A stretch of DNA of 64,000 bases from Candidatus Parcubacteria bacterium (GTDB lineage Bacteria; Patescibacteriota; Minisyncoccia; UBA6257; HR35), in the NCBI GenBank assembly GCA_026004535.1, contig BPJI01000002.1:688-64687 (forward strand), read 5' to 3'. The notes beneath the pieces were generated by a model, which saw nothing but the letters and a program-made list of their open reading frames with translations, had not been told where the DNA came from and did not search any database. Positions 1-9,773 of this stretch are shown here, piece after piece. The position numbers and the translations under genes are program-made. Within the stretch, counting starts at the first letter, position 1. Each line of letters begins with the position of its first letter.

Positions 1-309
1 TTCTTCTACTACAAACTCATTTAATAGTTGAGACGATTCCTGCAATGTTATATCTAAATTGCAGTTTCCCCCGGTGCAAACATCTCCTATTCTTTTTAAA
101 TACGGATCAAAACCTATGTATTTTACTCTGATATAATCATTATTGTTTATACTTTCCGAATCTAATGTGAAATTGCCGTTTGCGTCCGTTGAGGTGCCTA
201 TAATACGTCCATTGAAGTTTTTTGGTGTTCCATCAGAATCAGAAATATAAACATTGGCGCCTGCCAAATATTCTCCATTGTTTGATTTTATTTTCCCTGT
301 TATTTTCAT
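1..309 (-). CDS. CarboxypepD_reg-like domain protein; partial. The N-terminus lies in the window (ATG at 309) and the ORF runs past the left edge
   Basis: The reverse strand from 309 to 1 is 103 sense codons with no stop. The protein begins MKITGKIKSNNGEYLAGANVYISDSDGTPKNFNGRIIGTSTDANGNFTL, which matches the carboxypeptidase-regulatory-like fold typical of Bacteroidetes SusC/TonB N-termini. Confidence 0.5.
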   Translation of the reverse strand, partial: MKITGKIKSNNGEYLAGANVYISDSDGTPKNFNGRIIGTSTDANGNFTLDSESINNNDYIRVKYIGFDPYLKRIGDVCTGGNCNLDITLQESSQLLNEFVVEE

Positions 310-320
310 ATTTTTATTTT

Positions 321-866
321 TTATAGAACTTCTTTACCTGTTACTTGTGATAATAAACTTGTCATATTTGAATTTGACATTAAAGAAGCCAACTCTTTTT
401 GTGATATGCACCCCTTGCCTGTTACGCTTCTTAAATATTCGGAAGTTTGAATCCCAAAAATACCGTCTATTTTTATATCGCTTTTGCCATATCTATATTT
501 TAATATCAACTGCAACAATGCTATTTCAATTGATTTTTGATACGGTGAAGTTATTTCAATCGGATAATTTATTTGTCTTGGCAATCTTTTGGTTATATTT
601 ATTACATTAAACATTGTGACATATCTATTTATTACACCCGCACTCTGCGTGTCCGTCTGACTGCTACACGTGTCCCTGCCCGTAGTATCGTTGCCCGTTC
701 CCGTATTATTATTATTGACATTGTTTCCATTTGAATTGTTGCCCACTGATTTTGACCTTACTCTGTAAAAAATATAAGTAAATGATGCTACCAAAAAAAC
801 TAATAACGAAATATAAAAAAACAATTTTGCCAATAAAATATTTTTATTACCATCCCGCTCTATCAT
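321..866 (-). CDS. membrane-anchored protein with a PG_binding_1-like peptidoglycan-binding motif
   Basis: It has an N-terminal TM helix, an Asn/Thr-rich linker, then LQLILKYRYGKSDIKIDGIFGIQTSEYLRSV, which resembles the PG_binding_1 consensus (LQ..L...G....DGiFG..T..AV). Confidence 0.5.
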   Translation of the reverse strand: MIERDGNKNILLAKLFFYISLLVFLVASFTYIFYRVRSKSVGNNSNGNNVNNNNTGTGNDTTGRDTCSSQTDTQSAGVINRYVTMFNVINITKRLPRQINYPIEITSPYQKSIEIALLQLILKYRYGKSDIKIDGIFGIQTSEYLRSVTGKGCISQKELASLMSNSNMTSLLSQVTGKEVL

Positions 867-885
867 GTTTAATTAAATATTTTTT

Positions 886-1764
886 TTAATTATTGTTTTT
901 TGTTTGTTTTTTTGACGTCTTTTTGTTTCTTTTTTTATTATTTTCATCTTTATTATTATTCACATTCGTCACTGTTTCCATTTGCGCAAGTTCAACATTA
1001 CTCCTTACATTTGCAGTATCATATTCCGTACCGTTAAATTCTTGAAACTGACTGTTGCCGTCTGTTACAATCTGATTGTATAATATCAATCCTAACAATT
1101 TTGATATTTCCGACTCCGTATTTATATATTCACCGACAAAAAAATAAAACACGTCTTCACTCATTTCGTTATTCTGCGTGTAATTCACCAATAAGCCCCA
1201 TTCGTCTGATGTTATCGGCTCAAAAAAATTATATGGCAACGCTCTGTTAAATACTCTGTCCCAAAGAATATATTTTACAATAAAAGACGCTTTACTGATA
1301 GAATCTTTTTTTATCGGAAACTCATCTTTTAATTTGTCAAAATATCCTGCATATATTGAACTTTGCGTATATTCATTAAAATTGATCCCTTTAACATAGT
1401 TATAAACATCTTTACCTGCTGCCACAACAGGACATGCCCCGCATTCCTGCCCGGTTTCTTTTTTTTCCCTGCCATTTTCCTTTTCCTTTTTAAAATTTTC
1501 GGTCTTTCCTTTGCCGACATCCATGAAAGTGTCTGCGTAATTATGCGTCAATGTATTTGTTCTTCCTATACCGACATTATCATCAACGACGACATTATCA
1601 TCATTTTCGTTGTTTTTATTGTTCTCTTTCTTTTTTTTATATTTTACAAACAATTTGACGCCATAAAACAGTCCGAATGTTATTAGGGATGATATTAAAA
1701 CATAAACGGCAACATTTCGGGGGTTTTTATTTAATTCAATTTCGTATTTGCTTGTATCAATCAT
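886..1764 (-). CDS. hypothetical membrane-anchored protein (292 aa)
   Basis: A long ORF with an N-terminal TM segment. The internal ORFs on both strands look spurious. Confidence 0.5.
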   Translation of the reverse strand: MIDTSKYEIELNKNPRNVAVYVLISSLITFGLFYGVKLFVKYKKKKENNKNNENDDNVVVDDNVGIGRTNTLTHNYADTFMDVGKGKTENFKKEKENGREKKETGQECGACPVVAAGKDVYNYVKGINFNEYTQSSIYAGYFDKLKDEFPIKKDSISKASFIVKYILWDRVFNRALPYNFFEPITSDEWGLLVNYTQNNEMSEDVFYFFVGEYINTESEISKLLGLILYNQIVTDGNSQFQEFNGTEYDTANVRSNVELAQMETVTNVNNNKDENNKKRNKKTSKKQTKNNN

Positions 1765-1776
1765 AAATTATTTGTT

Positions 1777-1962
1777 TTAGATATTTTTTTTTGCAACGGT
1801 TACTATTGATGGTCTGCCCAAATTTTTTATTTGGTTTAAAAACGCCCGGTTTCTCATTTGCTCTTCTTTCATTTTTTTAACATAATAATATATTTTATAT
1901 GACAAAAATAACAATATTGTAAATAATAGAGCATAAACAAATATTTTTCCTTTATTTTTCAT
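1777..1962 (-). CDS. small membrane protein (61 aa)
   Basis: A short ORF with one hydrophobic helix, packed tightly between neighbouring genes. Confidence 0.3.
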   Translation of the reverse strand: MKNKGKIFVYALLFTILLFLSYKIYYYVKKMKEEQMRNRAFLNQIKNLGRPSIVTVAKKNI

Positions 1963-3410
1963 TAACCTATTCTTTGGGATACCGTAGTTTTTTGTACTCT
2001 GCCCGCAAACGTTCTCCCTATTTGTTTTAACCTGTCTGCCGATGAAATATTTGGATCGCCTACCGAAGGCAATTGCTTACATTTTGCATTTTTGTTTATC
2101 AATAATTGTGCATCGTAATATCTTGGAAATAGTTTCATGCCAAAAATTATATTCATCATCGCAATAATATAACCACAATTTTGATCAAATATGTTTCTGT
2201 TTCTAATTAGACCTGTTAATGTTTGTTTTATTTGTGCGACGGTCATAAAACTACTGTCTTTGTCAAATAAGCCCTCCGGTGGTGCCGTCTCGGTATCGGG
2301 ATTTTCTGCATACCACTCACTTAAAGATTTTGCATAATTTGGCAATTCGGTTAATTTTGAAGGATACGCATAATTTTTCCCTAAAAATATCAATGAACGC
2401 AAAGATTCTTCATTAACATTTGGGAAACTCGGTGAAACAAGATATGTATAAGGAATATTTGTTTCACTTTCAGTATATGTCATATTTGTATTTGTAGAAG
2501 TATTCAGCTGGTTTATCATACCAGAAATAACACCGTGTTGCGGGTTTTTCATATCAGAATAAACATTTCTGATTTGTTGCGTTTGTTTTTGCGTATTTAT
2601 CTGATACTTAAACACACGAATAAACTTTGTTTTATATCCCCATCCTAAAAACCGTCCAATAGATAAGCAAACATATGCAGCATCCGATACATTTCCTACG
2701 AACACCTGTTCGTTTATATCATAATAGTAAGAACCTAATGAATTGAAATTTTGTCTTGTAGTCAATATTGTTGATTTAGTAATTTCTTTCACTCTATTGA
2801 AATCCTTTACAGGCACATAAATAAATTGATTGACTTTCTTATATTCAGTCAAACCTTTTGTTTTTAAGTAATTTATAGTTTCAGTATCATAATAACAAGG
2901 CATATTTTTATACTTATACATTTCATAATACATTGATTTTTCTTTATCCCATATCCATCCGCCATATTCAGGAAATTGTTTCATATTTGGAATCACCTCC
3001 GTGATAAATAACTTTTGTATAAAATCTAAATTTCCGCTCCAACTGTCAAAATTTCCTTTACCATAATTATTTTCAAACAAGCCCTTGCCAATCATATATT
3101 CGCTTACGGCATTTATTTTATCCGTATTTATATCTAAAATAGGATAATTATTGCTTGACGTTATCGGAACACCCGCCCATGAATATTTTTCGTCCTTGTA
3201 AATATAAAGTCCCGTATTGTCATCTTGGTCATAATCAAGGAAATAATCATTTTTAGTTTGGCTATTACTTGAACCTAAATCTCCATCATCATCTCCGTCC
3301 AACAATGCGTCCAACTCTTCTTCTTGCTTTTTCATATAGAAACTATAACCCAAATATATCAAAGCACCTATGAATATTATTTTTAGGATATTATTTGTTA
3401 TGCTTTTCAT
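1962..3410 (-). CDS. hypothetical N-terminally anchored protein (482 aa)
   Basis: A long ORF with an N-terminal TM helix followed by an acidic stretch. I recognised no catalytic motif. Confidence 0.55.
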   Translation of the reverse strand: MKSITNNILKIIFIGALIYLGYSFYMKKQEEELDALLDGDDDGDLGSSNSQTKNDYFLDYDQDDNTGLYIYKDEKYSWAGVPITSSNNYPILDINTDKINAVSEYMIGKGLFENNYGKGNFDSWSGNLDFIQKLFITEVIPNMKQFPEYGGWIWDKEKSMYYEMYKYKNMPCYYDTETINYLKTKGLTEYKKVNQFIYVPVKDFNRVKEITKSTILTTRQNFNSLGSYYYDINEQVFVGNVSDAAYVCLSIGRFLGWGYKTKFIRVFKYQINTQKQTQQIRNVYSDMKNPQHGVISGMINQLNTSTNTNMTYTESETNIPYTYLVSPSFPNVNEESLRSLIFLGKNYAYPSKLTELPNYAKSLSEWYAENPDTETAPPEGLFDKDSSFMTVAQIKQTLTGLIRNRNIFDQNCGYIIAMMNIIFGMKLFPRYYDAQLLINKNAKCKQLPSVGDPNISSADRLKQIGRTFAGRVQKTTVSQRIG

Positions 3411-3511
3411 AAATATAATTTAATATAATTTATAAATTTAATACAAATATAAACAAATTGTGATTGCTTATATTAAAATTAAATATTAAGATTTATAGTT
3501 ATTTTACTATA

Positions 3512-3775
3512 TTAGTTTAGAGAATCTTTACTATAATTTTCGCTACTGTAATCAATTTTGCAGGCGTCGTCTTTACCGAATGATACGCCCGTTCCCCACA
3601 TGGTATTTATACTGCTTAAGATGTCTTTTGGCTTGCCTTTGCACATAAGAACGTCGTCTTTGTTGACGGAATATTTGTTTATTATTGCCTCTCCTCCTTC
3701 AACCTCAATAATGACACCGCCTTCTTTATGAGATTTGCCGGTAATATACCCGCCTATATGATATTTTTTTCGCAT
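3512..3775 (-). CDS. hypothetical protein (87 aa)
   Basis: An ORF with a Gly-rich N-terminus (HKEGG, EVEGGE). Confidence 0.4.
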   Translation of the reverse strand: MRKKYHIGGYITGKSHKEGGVIIEVEGGEAIINKYSVNKDDVLMCKGKPKDILSSINTMWGTGVSFGKDDACKIDYSSENYSKDSLN

Positions 3776-3821
3776 TTATATGAAAGCACAGAATAATCAT
3801 TTTTGTTGCATATTAAACACT

Positions 3822-4115
3822 CTAATTTTTAATATCTTCTTCATTTTTTTTGAATAACTCTTCTTCTAATTTTTGACGTTTTATCTTACTTCTTTTATAT
3901 TCTTGATAATTTTTCAAAAATACCATATAAACAGAAAGAAAAACCACCAATCTGACTATCAATGTGGTTATATCATTTACGATTTCCATATTTGTCATAA
4001 TCCACGCAGCAATTCCTATAAGTACATTTTTTATCCCGTCCCAAATATTGTCAAATGATATGTGTTTATCCCAACTCATAATAATATAACTATTTCCAAT
4101 GATGTGTTCTGACAA
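3822..4115 (-). CDS. small membrane protein (97 aa)
   Basis: Two predicted TM helices. It overlaps the 3' end of the next ORF by 40 nt. Confidence 0.4.
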   Translation of the reverse strand: MSEHIIGNSYIIMSWDKHISFDNIWDGIKNVLIGIAAWIMTNMEIVNDITTLIVRLVVFLSVYMVFLKNYQEYKRSKIKRQKLEEELFKKNEEDIKN

Positions 4116-4390
4116 TCTATAACGAACGAATTTGGTGCATAAACCCTGCTTTCAACCTTTGGCAATTGATAAATTTCATTTGGTTTTATTACATTTACCT
4201 TATCAGCATCTGCAATATTAAACTTTGTGTTAGTCGTCTCATCAATACATACAATATTGGCTTTTTTTGGTCTCAAATAAGCATCATTACTACCCGTATT
4301 TCTTATTGTCATTCCTTCTATCGGATAGTCAATAGTGAATAGTCGGTTGCTTATTCTGAATGGAAATAATATGTAACTTGTGTCAAACAT
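4076..4390 (-). CDS. hypothetical protein (104 aa)
   Basis: An ORF within an operon-like array. Confidence 0.4.
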   Translation of the reverse strand: MFDTSYILFPFRISNRLFTIDYPIEGMTIRNTGSNDAYLRPKKANIVCIDETTNTKFNIADADKVNVIKPNEIYQLPKVESRVYAPNSFVIDCQNTSLEIVILL

Positions 4391-4392
4391 AA

Positions 4393-5019
4393 TTACTTAA
4401 TGTTTCCGATTATTTTATTCTCTAAATTGTTATCAAGGTCTAATTTTTTAACTTTTATATTACTCAAATCTTCACCTTTATTTTTCATCTCCTCTACTTC
4501 ATCTTGCGTATAAAACTGAACACATTCGGAAGTCAATCCCATCACTTTATCATCACATATAATCGCTCCGTCCAACAAATAATATGTTTTTCCTCCAAAC
4601 TCAAATGGAATATCTTTGCTTATGAATAACAACAAATATGTGCTGTTTATGTCTTTGATATTTTCATTGTTTTTGTTATTTTCCTTCCAGTTAATTAAAA
4701 TATCATTTAACATTGTTTTAATTTGATTTACAAACAAAAACAGTTTACCTAACATTTTTGACAGTTTCACTTTGTGCTGTTCATTCGTTTTTGTATTTAT
4801 TAAGTGTATGCTTATCCTGTCTTCATCCTGAAAATACTCATATTTAATTCTCAAATCCTGTGGCTCAATTTTGAAATTTTTCTTTGCATAAGACACACAT
4901 TCTTTGGTTAATGCAAACAGCATAAATTTCATTGCATCTTTTTGCGACATTGATGCAACAAACTCTGTTACATCTAAATTACCACCTTTTAAAGCATTTG
5001 AAAACATTTTTCCTATCAT
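4393..5019 (-). CDS. hypothetical protein (208 aa)
   Basis: A long ORF with no overlaps. Confidence 0.5.
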   Translation of the reverse strand: MIGKMFSNALKGGNLDVTEFVASMSQKDAMKFMLFALTKECVSYAKKNFKIEPQDLRIKYEYFQDEDRISIHLINTKTNEQHKVKLSKMLGKLFLFVNQIKTMLNDILINWKENNKNNENIKDINSTYLLLFISKDIPFEFGGKTYYLLDGAIICDDKVMGLTSECVQFYTQDEVEEMKNKGEDLSNIKVKKLDLDNNLENKIIGNIK

Positions 5020-5062
5020 AACAATATATTTTTTTAGTTATTTAATCACAAAGTTAACAATT

Positions 5063-5587
5063 TTATTCAATTAAATCACTTAAATAAAAGTCCACCATAA
5101 ATTTTAAATTTAAAGGTATTCCAATATATTTAACGCTGTATAAAAACTCAATTTGAAATATCGTGCTATTTTTAATTGCTTCTTGATTGCTTTGTTTTAA
5201 TTCTATATTGAGTTTTTTGATTAAGTCAATCAAAGATGTGCTCAAATTTCTTAAATCAATCTCTCCTTCCAATTCTATTATATTTGTTCTGAACGGCTTA
5301 ATAACTTTAATGCTGTCATTTATATCATACAGTTTACCTATATATTTGTTTTCAACATAAATATTATATTCATGTTTTTTTACGTATATGTTAAATAAAT
5401 TTTTTGATTTAAATTTTACTTTCAAATAAATATATGCCTTTTTTTCGTTTAAATCTATTTTCTTTATTTTCGCCAATAAAATTTCAAATTCAAAATCCTG
5501 CAATTGTCTATATTCTCTCAAAGCAGTTATTCCCAACCCGGTCAAACCTATTGCAATTCCCAAAGATATGCCGCTTGATTTACTCAT
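5063..5587 (-). CDS. hypothetical protein (174 aa), N-terminal TM
   Basis: A long ORF with a hydrophobic N-terminus (ISLGIAIGLTGLGITAL). Confidence 0.5.
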   Translation of the reverse strand: MSKSSGISLGIAIGLTGLGITALREYRQLQDFEFEILLAKIKKIDLNEKKAYIYLKVKFKSKNLFNIYVKKHEYNIYVENKYIGKLYDINDSIKVIKPFRTNIIELEGEIDLRNLSTSLIDLIKKLNIELKQSNQEAIKNSTIFQIEFLYSVKYIGIPLNLKFMVDFYLSDLIE

Positions 5588-5723
5588 AATTAAACGTGTA
5601 TAATATAATACTCTTTGTTCTGATAAAATATGCCCGATTTATTTTGTTTTTTGATGCTCCTTCTTGTATTGATGTAAATAATCAAAAATGTTGAAAATAA
5701 TGTAAAATATGCCCAAAAAACTC

Positions 5724-6191
5724 TCATTTTAATTTGTTTATATATTCGCTTAATTGAGAATACTCTTCATCATTAAGCAAATTTTTCATATTTATCATAA
5801 AATCTTCCTTAAACGACAAAGTGTATATCGTATTAAAGCATTTCCAATCCTGAATTGTTTTTACGGCACTTTTAAAAATTGACATCAATTCACTAAATTC
5901 GCCATCAGTAAAAATGCTGAAAGTTGATTTATTGTCATTGTAAATAACTCTAATTTTAACAACAGCATTTTTAAACAATTTTGTTTTTATTTCATTTGAC
6001 AGGCAATTCTTTTTAATATCATCTGATTCATTTAATGTGCTCCCTGAACCTGACTTTTGATTGATTAAATCATACAAAGCGTTTTTTTCAGATTCGTTTC
6101 TATTTGAACGAATAAGAAAATATGCAAACGTTCCCGTTGAAATGAAACCTAAAAAAATTAAAGATACCGGTATTTTGCTATTTTCTGCCAT
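5724..6191 (-). CDS. hypothetical N-anchored protein (155 aa)
   Basis: An ORF with an N-terminal TM helix. Confidence 0.5.
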   Translation of the reverse strand: MAENSKIPVSLIFLGFISTGTFAYFLIRSNRNESEKNALYDLINQKSGSGSTLNESDDIKKNCLSNEIKTKLFKNAVVKIRVIYNDNKSTFSIFTDGEFSELMSIFKSAVKTIQDWKCFNTIYTLSFKEDFMINMKNLLNDEEYSQLSEYINKLK

Positions 6192-6555
6192 ATTTTATAG
6201 CATAAAGTAATGGCAATGATTTTACAACACCATATAACAAAAATCCAATTCCTGCCACAATTCCTACTTTTATAAACGTATTTGTGTAATTTGCATAAAA
6301 ATCATTGATTTTATTCAACCAACTGCGTTGGTCTTGTATCTCAACACCTCTATCCAACATTTGTTTATAAAAATAGTCATTTGATTTCAAACTTACATCT
6401 CCCAATTTTGAAAATGCATATAAGAATATAGAATTTGCCCTAAATTTTCCATACCTTCTTTTTAACTCATCATACCACAATATCCATTCTTCGGGTGTGG
6501 ATGATTTTGAAGGTATGGAAATTATAGATTCGGGCAAATCTTTATAATCCTTCAT
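6178..6555 (-). CDS. hypothetical protein (125 aa), C-terminal TM
   Basis: An ORF that overlaps its downstream neighbour by 14 nt. Confidence 0.5.
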   Translation of the reverse strand: MKDYKDLPESIISIPSKSSTPEEWILWYDELKRRYGKFRANSIFLYAFSKLGDVSLKSNDYFYKQMLDRGVEIQDQRSWLNKINDFYANYTNTFIKVGIVAGIGFLLYGVVKSLPLLYAIKYGRK

Positions 6556-6570
6556 TCAATTTTGTATTGA

Positions 6571-7305
6571 TTATCTTTTGTTCGGTTTTTTTGCGGGTTT
6601 ACGTCCACGTCTTGCGGGCTTTGGTTTTGATTCGGAACGGCTTGCGGGCTTACGTCCACTTCTTGCAGGTTTAGGCGTTGAAGCAGTTTGGCTTGCCGGT
6701 TTGCGTTTACGTTTTTTGGGCTTGCGTCCACGTCTTGCGGGCTTTGGTTTTGATTCTTCCTGGCTTGCGGGCTTGCGTCCACGTCTTGCGGGTTTTTTAT
6801 CTTCCTTGTCAATTTTGAAATCTGATGCATTTCTCTTTGCATCATCAACAGTTTTTACTCTACACGCAAAAGATGAAAGACCAATTTCATCTATGCCCAA
6901 TTTGATGCCACTTCTTACTTTTTTACCTTGATTGCTGCAATATTCTTTTATTTTTGCGCTATCATTTCCCGTATAGTCCTTATATACTTGTAAAAACTTT
7001 ACAGGGTCGGTCGTTGCTAATCTTGATATGATATAATCCCCCTTGTTGATAAGTTCGGATTTATCTCCCTTTTTGCCTTGCACTATCTCTACAGAAGATC
7101 CAATAGAAGACAGTGCATTTTCAAACGAACCTTTTTTGGATTTTGATTGCCCTACCAACTTTCTTTTACGTCCAAATTCGTTAACTACTGAAATTTCCGT
7201 TGTATATATTTTATTTTTCCCTTCTTTGGAAGAAAGGTGTTTGACATCCGTTACATAATAACGTAACGTTAAATGATAAACCTTATTTTTCGATTTTGTT
7301 GCCAT
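6571..7305 (-). CDS. DNA-binding-like protein with a C-terminal tandem K/R/P-rich AT-hook-like repeat
   Basis: The C-terminal roughly 75 aa carry four copies of a KPARRGRKPA(S) module, encoded by the GC-richer DNA tandem repeat at 6591-6800. Confidence 0.6.
   Translation of the reverse strand: MATKSKNKVYHLTLRYYVTDVKHLSSKEGKNKIYTTEISVVNEFGRKRKLVGQSKSKKGSFENALSSIGSSVEIVQGKKGDKSELINKGDYIISRLATTDPVKFLQVYKDYTGNDSAKIKEYCSNQGKKVRSGIKLGIDEIGLSSFACRVKTVDDAKRNASDFKIDKEDKKPARRGRKPASQEESKPKPARRGRKPKKRKRKPASQTASTPKPARSGRKPASRSESKPKPARRGRKPAKKPNKR
6591..6800. repeat. GC-richer tandem direct repeat with units of about 21-27 nt grouped into roughly 51-nt super-units, inside the 3' part of the coding region
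   Basis: The unit cttgcgggcttacgtccacgtc and its variants recur about 8 times. Confidence 0.8.
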
Positions 7306-7406
7306 AGTTGTAAGTTTTAAAATTAAAATTTGATACTAAATTAAAAATATTTTTTTTATTTTTTGTATTGATTGCCTGTTATATTTTTAGCATATTTATT
7401 ACAAAT

Positions 7407-9533
7407 TCAGTTATTCGTTGAAAATGTTCTTGACAATAATAAAATACCTGACAATATCATAGCACTCATAACAACAATTGATATTGTTTTTCTTTTTCTT
7501 AATTCTTCCAATCTTTTTTCATCATCATTGTTTGGATTTTGTGCATATTGCTGTGCTTGTAATAGTGCTTGTGTCAATTCTTGATTTACGTTTGGGTCGT
7601 TTTCATTTACATTGTCAGCGGGAACGTTTGTTTCTTGGGCTGGTATAAATAATTGTATCAATTCAATAACACTTTGTGCTAAAGCAGCAATTTGAGCAAG
7701 GTCTAACGCAGTTTTTGCGGTGGCTGCTGCAGTCGTTCCACCATCCAAATAATATTCGTAATAACTATTCAAATATTCCAATTCTTCATCCGGTATATTA
7801 GCGGTTTCTAAATAATAAAAGTGCGTGTTTTTATAATAATCGGTTTTACTTAAATCCAATTCCATAAAATCAATATCATAAGCAATGTCGTTTGCTATAT
7901 CTTTTAATCCAACTTTTCTTTTCCATCCAAACGGGTCTTTAAATAAGATATTTTTTGCTTTTCTTGTTGCACCTATTTCAACAGAAGCATCTAAATTGAT
8001 TTTATCGAAACCAATTTTTTTAACCATCTCATCTATGAATTTTTTGTATCTCTCCGGGTCTTGCTCTTTTACCATTTTCAATACCGAAGCATATCCCCAA
8101 AGATTTGACCTTAAAGCACCTATGAATGAAGCACGTAAGTTTCCAAACATAATTGCTGTCGGCGGGAATACACGTTTAATAAACCTGTTAAACACACTCA
8201 TTCCCCTTTCTGATTTTACCAATTCCCTGAATTTTTTACGTTCATCTTTGATCTTCTCTCTTACTGATTTCCAACAATCTGCTTGTTTTTTGCTTAAAAT
8301 CAAAAAAGACGAACCGCACTGTTGTCTTCCTTGACGTCTTAATTCTTTTATTTTATTACGCTTTTCTTTGCGTTTCTCACGAATAATTTTTTTTCTTTCC
8401 AATTTAGATTTTAACTTTTCTTCTCTTAATAATACTCGTTCTAACTTTTTGCGTTTTCTTGGATTAGTTTTGGCTTTCTCCATTAATTTTTGCTTTCTCT
8501 TTTCCAATCTTTTTAAACGCCATTTGTCAAATATCAATTCATTTTCGTTTCCTTCCAAATCGCTTAATATAATAAAAAACAATTTTGCTCCTTCATCTTT
8601 TGTAAGCAGACCATTATTAACATATCGGAAAACCTTTTCATAAACATAATCTTCTAATTGATTTGCCGTTTCTTCGTCATTTTCTTTTATTAATTGCTTG
8701 TAAAAATAAATATTTTGAGGCGTTACAATATCTTCATATATTGCCCTTGCCAAAAATTCTTTATCGGTTTGCAAATGAATATCAAATTTGATTTCATTAT
8801 CTATATCATAAGACACTCCGTTTGGAAGCACATTATCATCGCCTTTCACATGTGTAATGATATAATCGCAAAATTCAACATCATCAAAAGGATGGTGAGG
8901 TATATTTTTTAGTAGTTTGATATTTGATTGTACTGTATAAAGAAACAATACAACATCAGTAATGGCATAATAAATAAACGGATGAAATTCAATTGTATCT
9001 AAAAAGGTAGTAACATTTCCATCATTTTTTACAAGAATACCTATATCTTCATTTGCAGTTTGAACAAGTAAAATAGAATTTAAAAAGTCATCAATATTGC
9101 CATTTGCAGAAATATCAATTTTTACAGGTTTTTCTTTTAGGTTGTTATCAAGTCCTTTAAAATTTAATTCAAATTTTACCAATGCGTTTCTTACAATTTT
9201 TTTAATTCTTGCCTTTCCTATGCTATCACGGAAGTTTATGCTTAAATCATTTAATAATTTTTCAAACTTTAATTCGGCTTTCTTGTCTTTTATACCTGCG
9301 TTCAGCAAGTTATACAATGTATATCCTACATTAAACCAATTATATGCAATTATGTTGAATATTGCGTCTGCTGTTAATGTTTTATCATTATGTAAATTTC
9401 TTTCTTTTGCATAACGTAAAAAGTTTTTGTATCTTTTATGGAAATACTTTTCCAAAACAATTTTTTTGCCCGTTTCTGTTGATATATTTGATTCTATCGT
9501 GCTTAAATTTTTATTGATTGAAACTGCTTTCAT
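7407..9533 (-). CDS. hypothetical large protein (708 aa) with a highly basic K/R/E coiled-coil-like core and a C-terminal TM helix
   Basis: A long ORF with five spurious antisense ORFs inside it. The middle is a charged KRLEKRKQKLMEKAK...KEKRNKIKELRR stretch. The C-terminus carries ISIVVMSAMILSGILLL. Confidence 0.6.
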   Translation of the reverse strand: MKAVSINKNLSTIESNISTETGKKIVLEKYFHKRYKNFLRYAKERNLHNDKTLTADAIFNIIAYNWFNVGYTLYNLLNAGIKDKKAELKFEKLLNDLSINFRDSIGKARIKKIVRNALVKFELNFKGLDNNLKEKPVKIDISANGNIDDFLNSILLVQTANEDIGILVKNDGNVTTFLDTIEFHPFIYYAITDVVLFLYTVQSNIKLLKNIPHHPFDDVEFCDYIITHVKGDDNVLPNGVSYDIDNEIKFDIHLQTDKEFLARAIYEDIVTPQNIYFYKQLIKENDEETANQLEDYVYEKVFRYVNNGLLTKDEGAKLFFIILSDLEGNENELIFDKWRLKRLEKRKQKLMEKAKTNPRKRKKLERVLLREEKLKSKLERKKIIREKRKEKRNKIKELRRQGRQQCGSSFLILSKKQADCWKSVREKIKDERKKFRELVKSERGMSVFNRFIKRVFPPTAIMFGNLRASFIGALRSNLWGYASVLKMVKEQDPERYKKFIDEMVKKIGFDKINLDASVEIGATRKAKNILFKDPFGWKRKVGLKDIANDIAYDIDFMELDLSKTDYYKNTHFYYLETANIPDEELEYLNSYYEYYLDGGTTAAATAKTALDLAQIAALAQSVIELIQLFIPAQETNVPADNVNENDPNVNQELTQALLQAQQYAQNPNNDDEKRLEELRKRKTISIVVMSAMILSGILLLSRTFSTNN

Positions 9534-9545
9534 AATTGTAAAATT

Positions 9546-9773
9546 TTATAGAAATGTATAGTTTTTTAATTTGTTAATTTCCTCTTCTCTTAATAGATTG
9601 TAGTTTTCAATCCTGCCATGAATATACTCTGCAATGAATAGAAATATCGCAGGATAAATAATTTTAGAAAGTAGGTTATTTTTGGTTAAATGAGCAAATA
9701 AGAAGCCGCCCGTAATGGCAATTACGTAATTTAGTTTCTTATAGTTATCATCATATATTTTTGTTTCATTCAC
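9546..9773 (-). CDS. small membrane protein (75 aa)
   Basis: An ORF with two hydrophobic segments. Confidence 0.4.
   Translation of the reverse strand: MNETKIYDDNYKKLNYVIAITGGFLFAHLTKNNLLSKIIYPAIFLFIAEYIHGRIENYNLLREEEINKLKNYTFL

Noticed and set aside
254-610. A 118-aa plus-strand ORF.
   Set aside because: It overlaps the two well-supported minus-strand genes (partial 1-309 and 321-866) and has a hydrophobic low-complexity translation typical of antisense frames in AT-rich DNA.
1329-1686. ORFs 1329-1520 (-) and 1363-1686 (+) inside the 886-1764 gene.
   Set aside because: They are nested in or antisense to a longer ORF with better coding character.
3873-4058. A plus-strand 61-aa ORF.
   Set aside because: It is antisense to the 3822-4115 gene.
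6552-7258. ORFs 6552-6848 (-), 6578-6931 (+) and 7043-7258 (+).
   Set aside because: These are alternative frames across the tandem DNA repeat; their repetitive translations (QDVDASPQ..., LAGLRPRLAGFGF...) are repeat artefacts. The frame giving the full 244-aa protein is preferred.
7372-9414. Five plus-strand ORFs (7372-7584, 7885-8334, 8368-8643, 8694-8912, 9097-9414).
   Set aside because: All are antisense within the 708-aa minus-strand gene and have an F/L/S-rich antisense signature.
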